From a virus (taxonomy: Duplodnaviria > Caudoviricetes): a stretch of DNA of 64,000 bases. The number at the start of each line of letters is the position of its first letter. The first letter of the stretch is position 1. Shown here piece by piece: positions 20,821 through 30,490 of this stretch. The stretch covers positions 31,643 through 95,642 of the IMG/VR virus record IMGVR_UViG_3300028805_000086; one strand, given 5' to 3'. The notes under the pieces were generated by a model. The model worked only from the letters and a program-made list of their open reading frames with translations. It had not been told where the DNA came from and did no database searches. Made by a program: the position numbers and the translations under genes.

Positions 20821-21188
20821 GACCATGCCCCTATTGTGGAGGAGAAGTCGAGGTTGTCAAATTAGTAAAAAGAAAGGAAGAGAAGAAACCACCGTATCGA
20901 ATTCAGTGTCTTAAATGTAAAGCGCTTGTCGCTCGAGGCATTGGGTTTCCAAATGAATCAGTTGCTGAGGCAAAAGAAAGAATCCAGCAGTATGACGAGG
21001 TAATTGCTAAGAAAATGGGGCCACTTGGGAGTCGAGATACAATCTTAACTGCTGCAGCAAAGCGTCGTGATATCATAAAAGCAAAGGCTATTTTGGTTGA
21101 TAAGAATGATGCGGTTTTTGACATTCATGATGCAACAGGATCCTTTGGCCACACTGTTCGAGGTGGAACTGGCAAGTTCGAACATTAA
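20808..21188 (+). CDS. Lar-like zinc-finger protein
   Basis: RPCPYCGG...IQCLKC. Confidence 0.55.
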   Translation: MQGIRPCPYCGGEVEVVKLVKRKEEKKPPYRIQCLKCKALVARGIGFPNESVAEAKERIQQYDEVIAKKMGPLGSRDTILTAAAKRRDIIKAKAILVDKNDAVFDIHDATGSFGHTVRGGTGKFEH

Positions 21189-21207
21189 ATTCAAAATGGA
21201 GGTAAAA

Positions 21208-21585
21208 ATGAACTATCAAAAGCAAATATTTGATAATTTAATACATCAACTTAAAAAATATGTCGACGATGAGACTTATGTTGATGTAGGAATTGGCGCA
21301 GAATATTTGTATCGCGTTTCCAGAGAACGGTTATTAAAGGCTGTTAAAGTATTGCAGAATGAAGGTTATTATGTCACTTCAATAAGAAGTAAAGTAAAGC
21401 ATATGGGTAATATTAAGCTTTTATCTAAAAATCCAATAACAGCTGAGGAAAAAATCGTTCATGTTTTGGAATGGAATAATAATAGAGTTAACATTCGACT
21501 TGAAGCTGAATATACAAAAAGGGTTAATCGGAATTATCGAGATTGCATGAGACTTTTAAAAAATCGATTAAATGAAAAGGAGTAA
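21208..21585 (+). CDS. Protein paralogous to an N-terminal region of the phage RNA polymerase
   Basis: LKKYVDDETYVDVGIGAEYLYRVSRERLLKAVKVLQNEGY versus RNAP LKKTVDEGKYVDVGGGTELRLNVSEQKLKNACILLEEQGY. Confidence 0.75.
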   Translation: MNYQKQIFDNLIHQLKKYVDDETYVDVGIGAEYLYRVSRERLLKAVKVLQNEGYYVTSIRSKVKHMGNIKLLSKNPITAEEKIVHVLEWNNNRVNIRLEAEYTKRVNRNYRDCMRLLKNRLNEKE

Positions 21586-21591
21586 TGAATT

Positions 21592-22194
21592 ATGGAAAGT
21601 TTGAAGAAAGTTCTTAATGAGGATGCTATTCGTGGTATTTTGGCTCGTACTTATGGTGTTACTGTTGCTGACGTTGATTTGCACATGGGTACGGACGAGG
21701 AAGGAAGCAGCATGATTGAGGCCATTATTTATCAGACTCATGAGCAGCTTGAGAATAATATAGCTGAAACTATCGCGTGCAATATGTATCATCCGAATAA
21801 CGAAAAGGCGATTGAGGAAACTCGAGAAGAACTTCGGAATATGCTTCAGAAAATTTCTAGGTTGTATAATAAAGAGGAAATGGGAGAATTCCTTACGAAA
21901 TACTATGACGAGGAAGGATATCCTAAGACACAAAAAGCTCATAATATTGTTACAGGCGATGCGGTAAAACTGGCACGTGATGTTATGAGAAGAGGTGGAA
22001 CTAAAGAGGAAGTTAATCTGGCTCTTACTTATCTTATGCTATGTATTAATTCGCATAAGCATAAACTCAGCGTGTATAAGTTCCGCCAGGAAAATGATAT
22101 TCAGAATCTTAGGAAAAAGTATCAGCCTAATCGGTTTAAGAAGCATATCATTAAAGCGGTTGATGATCAGATGACTGATGATCCAACAGAATGA
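21592..22194 (+). CDS. Protein whose C-terminus is paralogous to the post-catalytic helical region of the phage RNA polymerase
   Basis: GGTKEEVNLALTYLMLCINSHKHKLSVYKFRQENDIQNLRKKYQ versus RNAP GATMPEIERAVKHSMVVIDAEKHHLDWRRSALENGIAELKTKYQ. Confidence 0.7.
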   Translation: MESLKKVLNEDAIRGILARTYGVTVADVDLHMGTDEEGSSMIEAIIYQTHEQLENNIAETIACNMYHPNNEKAIEETREELRNMLQKISRLYNKEEMGEFLTKYYDEEGYPKTQKAHNIVTGDAVKLARDVMRRGGTKEEVNLALTYLMLCINSHKHKLSVYKFRQENDIQNLRKKYQPNRFKKHIIKAVDDQMTDDPTE

Positions 22195-22278
22195 TCGCAC
22201 AAGAAACATGGATTTAAATAGGAAGAGATGACAAAACGTCGTCTCTTCTATTTTTTCAAAATGAAAGGAGAAAGGATT

Positions 22279-22881
22279 ATGTTTGGGAAAATCGGGGTTG
22301 CTATTAGTAGTTGCGCATTGGCGGTTGCGTTGACAAATCTGGTTCTCGCTTATAAGGAAAAGAAAAAGCTTGAGAAACAGATGAATGATCATGAGAAAAT
22401 GGTAAAGAACATGGTTAAGTCTGCTGATAAGGCAATCGAAGATCTCTCTGAAGATATCTCCGTTGATATCAAGGACGAAATTGTTGAAAAAGCAATGAAA
22501 TTGGCCATTGACAAGGAAGTTACGATTACGGCACGGAATGCTGCTACCGAAGCAAAGAATGATATTCGTGCCGACATCTCCAGTATTATTCGTAAAGAAG
22601 TTCAATCGCAAAAAGATCGCATCGTCAATGATGTTGATCAAAAACTGGTAGATGAAATTAGTAAGATTTCAAAGAATGACATCATTGATGATATTCAAAG
22701 GAAAGTATCTGGCGAAATCATTGATAAAATTGATAAGAATCTCTCAAATATGAGGGAAACCTGTGAGAAGAAGCTTAAGGATAATGTTGATTCCCTCACA
22801 AGAGATGCTCGTAATCGTATGGACATTTGGCTCGATAATTATAAGAGCGATTATATTACCTGGCGTTATCGGCGCATATGA
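22279..22881 (+). CDS. Membrane-anchored coiled-coil protein
   Basis: N-terminal hydrophobic helix followed by a long helical region. Confidence 0.65.
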   Translation: MFGKIGVAISSCALAVALTNLVLAYKEKKKLEKQMNDHEKMVKNMVKSADKAIEDLSEDISVDIKDEIVEKAMKLAIDKEVTITARNAATEAKNDIRADISSIIRKEVQSQKDRIVNDVDQKLVDEISKISKNDIIDDIQRKVSGEIIDKIDKNLSNMRETCEKKLKDNVDSLTRDARNRMDIWLDNYKSDYITWRYRRI

Positions 22882-23444
22882 GTATTCAGGGGCTGTGAAA
22901 TTAAGTAGCAGCCCCTTTTAAAATAGATATTTTAGAGAAAGGAGCATGTATTTAAACTAAAAATTGAGTATTTCAAGAATGGAGGGATGCAAACCCAAGA
23001 GCATCAGAGGAAGACAACTTAATAAGACGACAACCATTTACAACAAAGGATATGAAGTAGAAATTGATATTGTACCAGATATTGGTACACCGGCGGTTGA
23101 TGACGTATTCGATAAAGTCAATCGCAAGTTAGCACTCGGCAGGAGTGTTAGTCTTTCAGATATTCAGGATATGCTAGGAGTTAAAGGAAGTCGTAAAAGC
23201 GATGGATACTGCCTGGATCCTAATATTATGAGAGATTCAGAGATGGATTACGATTGGCAGTATTTGATTGACTATGATCCCTATTTAGGAAAAACAGTGT
23301 ACGGACGTAAAGTCATTATATGGGGGTTGGTTAATCAGAAACGTAAAATGCCAAGCGATGTTCATAGAAATAAGAGAAGAACTTATGAATCGGATGATAA
23401 TTTCCGATTTGATGAAACCGCCTTATAAAGAAAGGAGAATCAAA

Positions 23445-23720
23445 ATGGAAGGCGTTTATTATAAATGCCCTAATTGTGGGAGCTATGTTTCGGACAATTC
23501 TGAAAAAGATATTTTGAAATGCGAACATTGTGGAACGACTATTACAAAACCATATACGTGGTATGATAAAAGCCTTCAATTTCTTTATAGGCGAGCAAAA
23601 GCTAAAGAAAAATTGGAGCAGGAAAAAATAGCCCGCGAAGCAAAAGCCGCAAAGATTTCTGCATGGGGGCTTTGCATCACGTTAGTCTGCGCGATTATTA
23701 TGGTATTAATATTTGCATAA
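23445..23720 (+). CDS. Zinc-ribbon membrane protein
   Basis: CPNCG...CEHCG and a C-terminal TM segment. Confidence 0.65.
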   Translation: MEGVYYKCPNCGSYVSDNSEKDILKCEHCGTTITKPYTWYDKSLQFLYRRAKAKEKLEQEKIAREAKAAKISAWGLCITLVCAIIMVLIFA

Positions 23721-23796
23721 TGTCGCACGAGAAACACGTGTATAAATAGGAGATAACGAAACGTTGTCTCTTTAATTTTTTACAAATTGGAGGAGA

Positions 23797-24318
23797 ATGA
23801 AAACTATGGCTAAGACTAAACGAATGAAGGAATTCAAGGAACGGCTTAAGAGGAATGGAGAATTCTTTGTAGGCCAAATCGAGAAATCCAAGATGGACCA
23901 GTGCGACGAATTTATTGATAAACTGGCCAACATTCTTGGTGACAACTATGAGATGGTTGCCTCATGCAATAAAGACCTTAGCCGGTATCTCGTTCCTAAA
24001 GGAACAAAAGATCAGATTACTTATTATGGAAAACCTGAAATGAGTTTCCGAGTAAGTGATCATTGGAACTGGTATTCCAGTACAGAAAAGTGTACGAATG
24101 AGCGCTATGTTCAGTGCTTCAGCATGGACCTCCCCAATCCTCGTCCAAGACCGGCTCCTGGTGTAGGCACCAATGCAATCAGTGCGTATCAGGTCGCTAT
24201 CCAAGTGGACGGACGATACCATCATGTATTCGGCGACAAATATAATCGTCGAATTCGTAGATGGGAATGGGAAGAAAATGATCCGGAGAAAATTCTCCAG
24301 CAGTATAATTTGATTTAA
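23797..24318 (+). CDS. Hypothetical protein with RVSDHW motif
   Basis: RBS GGAGG; first gene after motif 23724. Confidence 0.65.
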   Translation: MKTMAKTKRMKEFKERLKRNGEFFVGQIEKSKMDQCDEFIDKLANILGDNYEMVASCNKDLSRYLVPKGTKDQITYYGKPEMSFRVSDHWNWYSSTEKCTNERYVQCFSMDLPNPRPRPAPGVGTNAISAYQVAIQVDGRYHHVFGDKYNRRIRRWEWEENDPEKILQQYNLI

Positions 24319-24325
24319 CAAATTC

Positions 24326-24821
24326 GATGGCAGCTAATGTGATTTACTACTTTTATAAAAGATTGATAAAGACAATCGCATAATTACGCCATCCCGTAAA
24401 GCACTGGATTCTAATCTTAAAAGCTAAATTGGCTTACTTCACATAATACTTTAAATATTAAATAGTCAATTAATTTCTTTACAGATTAGAAACCAGTCAT
24501 GAGGAAGCTATTCAAACTTACTACTACTTTTAAAAAGATGCTTAAAAATAGTTTGAAAATCTCTCCTCAAATCACCTCCTTTATTCCTAGCTAGTGTTGC
24601 TTACTTCATTGGCGGATATGAAGCAGCACAATATCAGGAGGTGCACTATTCTGGAAGGATCTTGGCAGCTAACATAATTTACTTCATAATTATAGATTTT
24701 TTATTATTCAATTATGTGCTTTCGCCAAGGTCCTTTCATTTCCTTTCTTTTTTGTAAGCTAACAGGGCTTACTTCACATAAATAAATTAATTTAATTCAG
24801 TCCTGTAATTTTATGCAAAAA
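24326..24821 (+). ncRNA. Tandem array of six structured RNA units (outer stem-AGCTA-inner stem-TACTWC-loop-inner stem'-AATYWC-outer stem')
   Basis: Units 24326-24393, 24403-24497, 24500-24569, 24584-24640, 24653-24737, 24749-24821. Stem sequences differ between units but stay complementary. Confidence 0.8.
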
Positions 24822-24846
24822 TGATATTTGAAAGGAGCAAATCAAA

Positions 24847-25938
24847 ATGGAAAAGATTTTTAAGGACTATCTGTTTCAGCATCATATTTTGGTGTCTGAA
24901 AAAGAAGGCACTATTGGTGAGGCCTTCAACACAATCACTGCTCTAGCGAATGTTTACAGTATTCGCATTGTTAAAGGAGCAAAATATGCTTGTGAGAGCA
25001 TGCTGCAGGATGCAGCCGATAATTTAGGAGATCGTGTACCAGAACCATTTTACAGAATGTTTCCTAACTCTGTCAGAGCGATGACACCGGATCAACTGCT
25101 GTACGATCAGCTTTATCACTATACTCAGACGTATGGCATGGGCTGGTTCGATGCTCCAGCGGGGCATTCTATTTTCGAAGAAGAGACTCCTTCAGAAATG
25201 GCGGATGAGTCTAATCGCGAAAAATTCTTCGATAAAATGGTCGTAGAAAAATCCGAGGCTAAGAATTTTGTGATCATGACCGAAGACGATGCCGTTGCTA
25301 AATTGGTTGAATATCTTCGTGAATTGATCGAAAGTCCTCGACCTCTCAATGAAGGGCAAATGCGTTTTCTTTACGAAGGATTCATCAAATATGATACGGC
25401 AATTACTGCTAATACGAATATTCCTTGTAAAAGAATCGCAGTTGAGCTTTTCTATCTGACAAAGAGTATTGTATTTGCTAAAAAGCTTAAGCTTAGTGAT
25501 ACCATTAAGCTTGTTGAATATATTCAGAATAACTTGTATGGAAGTACCGATCTTAAGAAGCTTAATTTCAAGAATAAAGATCGGAAATTAATCACTGCTT
25601 TTATTGATTATCATCTTTCCGCTGAGCATTTTGAAGGTTATAAAGAAGTTCGGAAAGCCTTCAATCAGCGTAAAATTTGGTGCGGCTTGCTGCATCATAT
25701 TCATTATAAACCGAAAGGCCGGATTGCTCAGAAGTTTGTAAAAGATATTCGTGAAGGCAAAAATCAGTCTTTGAATAGTGGTTTCGAGCGGTGTATGCGC
25801 CATGATCGACCTGTAGAAGCTGCTGAATACCTTAAGAACAATGAAGGAAGCGGTGCACTTATGAGAAATATGAATTATATTCTCAGTCGCTGCAAGAACG
25901 ACAAGGAGATTGAGGAGGTGATCTCATGTCTGGAGTAA
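24847..25938 (+). CDS. Alpha-helical ROT/TROVE-like protein (N-terminal half of a TerD-associated family)
   Basis: PFYRMFPNSV...LLYDQLYHY..TYG and GALMRNMNYILSR motifs, recognised from the N-terminal part of TROVE-like/TerD fusion proteins. Family assignment is from memory. Confidence 0.55.
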   Translation: MEKIFKDYLFQHHILVSEKEGTIGEAFNTITALANVYSIRIVKGAKYACESMLQDAADNLGDRVPEPFYRMFPNSVRAMTPDQLLYDQLYHYTQTYGMGWFDAPAGHSIFEEETPSEMADESNREKFFDKMVVEKSEAKNFVIMTEDDAVAKLVEYLRELIESPRPLNEGQMRFLYEGFIKYDTAITANTNIPCKRIAVELFYLTKSIVFAKKLKLSDTIKLVEYIQNNLYGSTDLKKLNFKNKDRKLITAFIDYHLSAEHFEGYKEVRKAFNQRKIWCGLLHHIHYKPKGRIAQKFVKDIREGKNQSLNSGFERCMRHDRPVEAAEYLKNNEGSGALMRNMNYILSRCKNDKEIEEVISCLE

Positions 25939-26996
25939 ATCCTATTATTCTTATTCAGATGCTGAATCAGTATCATAACTATAAAGAAGGGAATCGTATT
26001 TTCAGATTTGTTAAGAATAATCTTATGAAAGTGCATACTGAAACCGATAAAGAAATGGCTAAGCGCAAGTCTGTTCTTAGTAAGAAGACAAGAGATGTTG
26101 CAGCAAGGGCCATTCGGAATCGGCTTGACAAATACCTTGATGGCAAAATTGGGAATCTTTATATTTCTGATAAGATGAAGAATATTACAGTGCCGCTTCA
26201 GCTCAGTACGAGTGAAAGCGGTTATGGCGTTCTTTCTACAGGAAGTCGGATTGATATTCCTGAAGGCCGGTTTATCAGAGCATTCACTTATTGGGAAAAG
26301 GTAAACGACATTGATATTTCCGGATTTGCTATCAAGGAAAACGGGGAGCAAATGGAATTTAGCTGGCGTAATATGTGGTATAAGCAAAGCGAAGAAATTT
26401 GCTTCAGTGGCGATGAAACTAACGGATATTATGGCGGAAGCGAATACTTCGATATTGATCCAGAGTTATTCAAGAAAAATAATCCCGACTACAGATATAT
26501 CGTATTCTGTGATAATATTTATACCAGTGGTGGTTCCATTCATTTTAAAGATTGCGAGGCAACTGGTGGCTTCATGATCCGTGAAAAGATGGAACCGAAT
26601 ACTCGTGGATACGGAAGCGAGGGAAAGACTTTCGAGATATTTGATCCGAAGACGGTAGAGACCTCGTTCAAACTGCAAAGTGATTCGTCATTCTGCTATA
26701 TGTTTGCGATCGATCTCAAAAATAGGCAAATGGTTTGGCTTGATATTTCCAGAGAAGGAAATCATGCAATTGCCGGAGATACCAGTATGAGATGGCTGTT
26801 GAACTATATGTCCATGACAGAGGTATATAGCGTATACGATTTGTTTGTATCAATGTGCACAAATCATGTAGAAAATCCGAAATACGCGGATATCCTGGTT
26901 ACGGACGAACCTGATATCAAGCCGATCAAAGAAAATGCCATACTTATCCACAGCTGGGATACTGAAAAAATATTTAAGTATCTTCAGGTTGGATAA
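25926..26996 (+). CDS. TerD-domain protein
   Basis: GSRIDI...IRAFTYW...DIDIS...FSGD.TNG...SEYFDID...RYIVF..NIY...FDPKTV. Own RBS GAGGAGGTG, overlapping the upstream stop. Confidence 0.7.
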   Translation: MSGVNPIILIQMLNQYHNYKEGNRIFRFVKNNLMKVHTETDKEMAKRKSVLSKKTRDVAARAIRNRLDKYLDGKIGNLYISDKMKNITVPLQLSTSESGYGVLSTGSRIDIPEGRFIRAFTYWEKVNDIDISGFAIKENGEQMEFSWRNMWYKQSEEICFSGDETNGYYGGSEYFDIDPELFKKNNPDYRYIVFCDNIYTSGGSIHFKDCEATGGFMIREKMEPNTRGYGSEGKTFEIFDPKTVETSFKLQSDSSFCYMFAIDLKNRQMVWLDISREGNHAIAGDTSMRWLLNYMSMTEVYSVYDLFVSMCTNHVENPKYADILVTDEPDIKPIKENAILIHSWDTEKIFKYLQVG

Positions 26997-27088
26997 AAAA
27001 CTGTTCACTATTTGGAAAGTAGATAGCTGTGAACCCGCTAGATTGGCTGGTAATGATCACTATCTATTCTCCATTTTTATCTGAAAAA

Positions 27089-27122
27089 AAGGGTGTGCAA
27101 CCAGCATGCCCTTATTTTTTTT
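27089..27122 (+). terminator. Intrinsic terminator after the TerD gene
   Basis: AAGGGTGTGC-AACCA-GCATGCCCTT followed by poly-T. Confidence 0.75.
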
Positions 27123-27615
27123 GACTTTTATTTATGGTCATATTGACCGCGTACTAAACACGTTTAGTAATGAAGGAACAATATAGTTCTTTCGGTCAAA
27201 AATACAAAAAAGAGAAAAGGAGTAATGAACTATGGAAAGCAAGGTATTAAGTTATGTGTATTTTAAAGGGATTCAAACGGGATATAAAGACGTGACAGTA
27301 CCTGACCCCGGACGGTATATGAAAAATCTACATAGGATTGAGGCAAATGGATTTTTTAAATATATCGATTATGCGGGCCAGTTTACCGCAACGATCGAAG
27401 GAAAACCCGGTATTTATTATGGATATAGCATTATTGCTAATAGAGAAATTACAAAAGAAATATTAAATTTGATCGACTATGACTATTCAGAGTCCTTCGA
27501 TATGGAAACTAATGAAAAATTAGATAAAGATTTAGGAACATTTGATGACTATTTGAAAGAAATAGCAGACGAAATTTGGTCTGAAGTGACCAGAAAATAA
27601 AAGGAGGAAATTACT

Positions 27616-28098
27616 ATGGAAATCATGGGAATTCTGAAAGAATTGGAGCTCGAATTGGTTGAGCAGAAAACCCTGCTGGATGAGCAGGAAACAAAACTCG
27701 CGGAATGCGAGAGAATTGCCGAAGAGGCACTTGCGGCGGTTGACGCCGTGACTAAGATGCGTAATTGCATCAAGGAGCGCTATGAAGCGCTGGCAAAGGC
27801 CAAGGAGGCCTTAAGCGGGATTGATATCCCGACGGAAATAAAAGAAATCGAGGAAAAAACCACTGAAAAGGTGGAAAAGACAGGAAAGACGAAGCGGATC
27901 AAACAGATCCAGTGGACCCGTAAGAACGGGACATTAGTCCGGTATGACCGGAACGGAAAAGAAATGCAAAAGTTTGTGTCGCAGAAAGCGGCAGCAAGAG
28001 AACTGGGATGGGACCAGTCAAGTATGAGCATTTTTGTGCGTCTTAAGCCGGAAGAGCAGATCCGGCGTAAAGGATTTTACTTTAGGTGGATCCCGTAA
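27616..28098 (+). CDS. Coiled-coil protein with C-terminal NUMOD1-like HTH
   Basis: VRYDRNGKEMQKFVSQKAAARELG. Confidence 0.55.
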   Translation: MEIMGILKELELELVEQKTLLDEQETKLAECERIAEEALAAVDAVTKMRNCIKERYEALAKAKEALSGIDIPTEIKEIEEKTTEKVEKTGKTKRIKQIQWTRKNGTLVRYDRNGKEMQKFVSQKAAARELGWDQSSMSIFVRLKPEEQIRRKGFYFRWIP

Positions 28099-28201
28099 TG
28101 GGATCCGGTATAAAGGTGAGTGCGGTTTGTGCTTGCCTTTATATTTTTTCGCGTAAGGAACATTTCTCTATATGAGAAATGAAAGAAAGGAGGTGAAAGC
28201 A

Positions 28202-28534
28202 ATGTTTGTTAACCTGACACCCCATGCGATTAACATCGTAGATGAGGCGAATCAGGTCATCAGGACCTTCGTTTCGGAGGGAGTGGCTCGTGCCGCCCAA
28301 AGAACCGAACTCGTCGGCGAGATCGACGGAGTACGGATCACGAAGAGCGCTTTCGGAGAACCGGTAGATTTACCGGAGTACCGAGATGGCGTTTTTCTGA
28401 TCGTATCTCTGGCTACGGTCAACGCCGCTCGAGCTTTCGGTCGTCGGGTGGACGATCTGCTCATTACGAACGAGGCCGTTCGTGATGACCAGGGTCACAT
28501 CATCGGGTGCCGATCGCTGGGCAGGGTGGATTAA
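28202..28534 (+). CDS. Conserved hypothetical phage protein (NLTPH...AVRD..G.IIGC), GC-richer than its surroundings
   Basis: Motif 28150 plus RBS AAGGAGGTG; visibly GC-rich codon usage. Confidence 0.65.
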   Translation: MFVNLTPHAINIVDEANQVIRTFVSEGVARAAQRTELVGEIDGVRITKSAFGEPVDLPEYRDGVFLIVSLATVNAARAFGRRVDDLLITNEAVRDDQGHIIGCRSLGRVD

Positions 28535-28636
28535 GGCAGGCAAGCATGCCTCCACCTTTTTTTCGCGTAAGGAACACGCACATAAATAGAAAGGAATAAA
28601 AACGTTCCTTTTATATTTTTGAAAGGAGAAAGGACC

Positions 28637-29140
28637 ATGCAACAAAGTAAAAAATGGTACTCAGAAAGGAACTCAAAGATTTTTCAACGTTATGAAAAAG
28701 GAGGCATAACGCTGGACAAACTGGCAAGTGAGTATGAAGTTACTCGTGGACGAATTTCTCAAATAGTTAATGAAGAAAAAAGCAAACGTAAGAAAATGGA
28801 CACAATGGTATTTAAACAGGGAGAATGTGTTTCGTTAAGAGATCGCATGGTTGCGGTCTTTTCTTTTATTGATAATGAAGAATCAAAAGAAAAAATGAGC
28901 ACTGCAAATGTGAAAAGTTCAATATACTGCGTTTTTAGATATTTAAAATTTAATCGTAACATTGCTAATCCGAAAGAAGTATTGAATGAATTTCTTAAGT
29001 TTAGGTACGAGGATCTTATTAAGATAAGGAATGTCGGTATTAGAAAAGCATATATTATCCAGCGGATTCAAGATGAAATTGAGTCTAACTGGGATAAATA
29101 TGAAATGTTGTTGACTAAAAATTGTGTAATTGTATGCTGA
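28637..29140 (+). CDS. Sigma-region-4-like HTH protein with alphaCTD-like HhH end
   Basis: ITLDKLASEYEVTRGRISQIV; EDLIKIRNVGIRK. Confidence 0.55.
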   Translation: MQQSKKWYSERNSKIFQRYEKGGITLDKLASEYEVTRGRISQIVNEEKSKRKKMDTMVFKQGECVSLRDRMVAVFSFIDNEESKEKMSTANVKSSIYCVFRYLKFNRNIANPKEVLNEFLKFRYEDLIKIRNVGIRKAYIIQRIQDEIESNWDKYEMLLTKNCVIVC

Positions 29141-30490
29141 AAATTCGAAAGGAGAACTATATTTATGAATCTTATTAAATGCAACAAATCAGATTGTTTT
29201 CAGAACTATTGTGGAACTAGCTGTAGACTTCTCAATGCGCCTATAACTGATCATGCATGTCCGTTTTATAAAACAGAAGCAGAAGTTGATAATGGGCGCA
29301 TCAAAACACACAATATACTTCTTGAAAAAGGTCGTAAAGATCTGATAGAGCAATATGAATACAATCCTTACAGGAGGGGGAGCTGGTGATGGAAAACTGG
29401 CATCCTGGAACTCAACCGCCTTCCGCTGGTGGGAAATATTTAGTTCTTATTAAGCTAACGAAGAGCGTTAATAATGAGTTTGATATTGCTGAATATTATC
29501 CGGCACTAGATAAATGGAGACCGTTAACTTACATTGGAACGGTTATATGGTGGACCAAATTGCCAAGTAAAAGGCAGTTTGAACTTGCTCGCATCGCGAA
29601 CACTTCTATAAATGAGAGAAAGCCAATTGAAAGGAGAAGAGTATGAAAAAGAAGTGGCAAAGGATTAAAGGTTTTTTTGGTTTTTTGAAGACCAAAATCA
29701 AAAAAATAAAGATTTTCACTTGGCGAACTGATATGAGAGAATTGCAGGACAATATTAAGAAATTGCATGCAGCGAGGAAACAGGTTGAAAAAGGAAGCGA
29801 CACATATGAGAAATTACAATGCGAATTAAAAACGGAATATGAACTGCTTAAGAAATTGAAGGAAAGTAAGCATTCAGTTCCGCCGCAAATCACAGCAACT
29901 CTCTGTGTGGTTGGAACAATAGCATTCTTCGCTATATGCTTAGACCAGGAGAGTCCCAAGGCTCTTAAGTTGGCCCAATTTGTGGTTAAATTATTTAAAT
30001 TAGGAGGTTGAGAAAAGAAAAAACTTTAATGGCTATTTATATTTGGATGACTTTCTCTCAATTGAGGACAAGGTAAAAACATGCCTTGTCCTCTTTTTAT
30101 ATTTTTAGAAAGGACAATATTTATGAGCAGAGCACTTAGATGTGATCAATGCAAAAACTTTTTTGATCCGCTTGAATCTGGTGTTTTCACAAATGAAAGG
30201 CTTCATATAACAAATTTGGAAATAATGGACCCTGTTGGAACAAAAAATAATCAATTTGTAAAGCAACTTACAAATCTTGATTTTTGTCCTCAGTGTTCAA
30301 ATAAACTTTTTAAATGGTTTGCTGGAAAAGCAAAAATAGTGGAGGATGAACAAAATGATGAGCATTATGCGGAATGATTCCGGCCATTACGAAATGTATA
30401 TCGATGATAAATTTTATGGTAGTTACGACACGGTTAGTGATGCTGCACGAGATTACGACGAATATATCGAGAATAAGGAGGACACACCCG

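Noticed and set aside
24326-24821. CRISPR array or type III toxin-antitoxin repeat interpretation of the six-unit array
   Set aside because: Units share only short words (AGCTA, TACTWC) and structure, not near-identical repeats. Unit length is irregular, and there are no cas genes or recognisable ToxN/AbiQ-type toxin.
9646-28174. The motif's terminal ATG as a leaderless start codon (several ORF-track starts coincide with it)
   Set aside because: It is open and in frame in only roughly a third of the units checked, about what chance gives. Each gene has a good RBS and ATG downstream.
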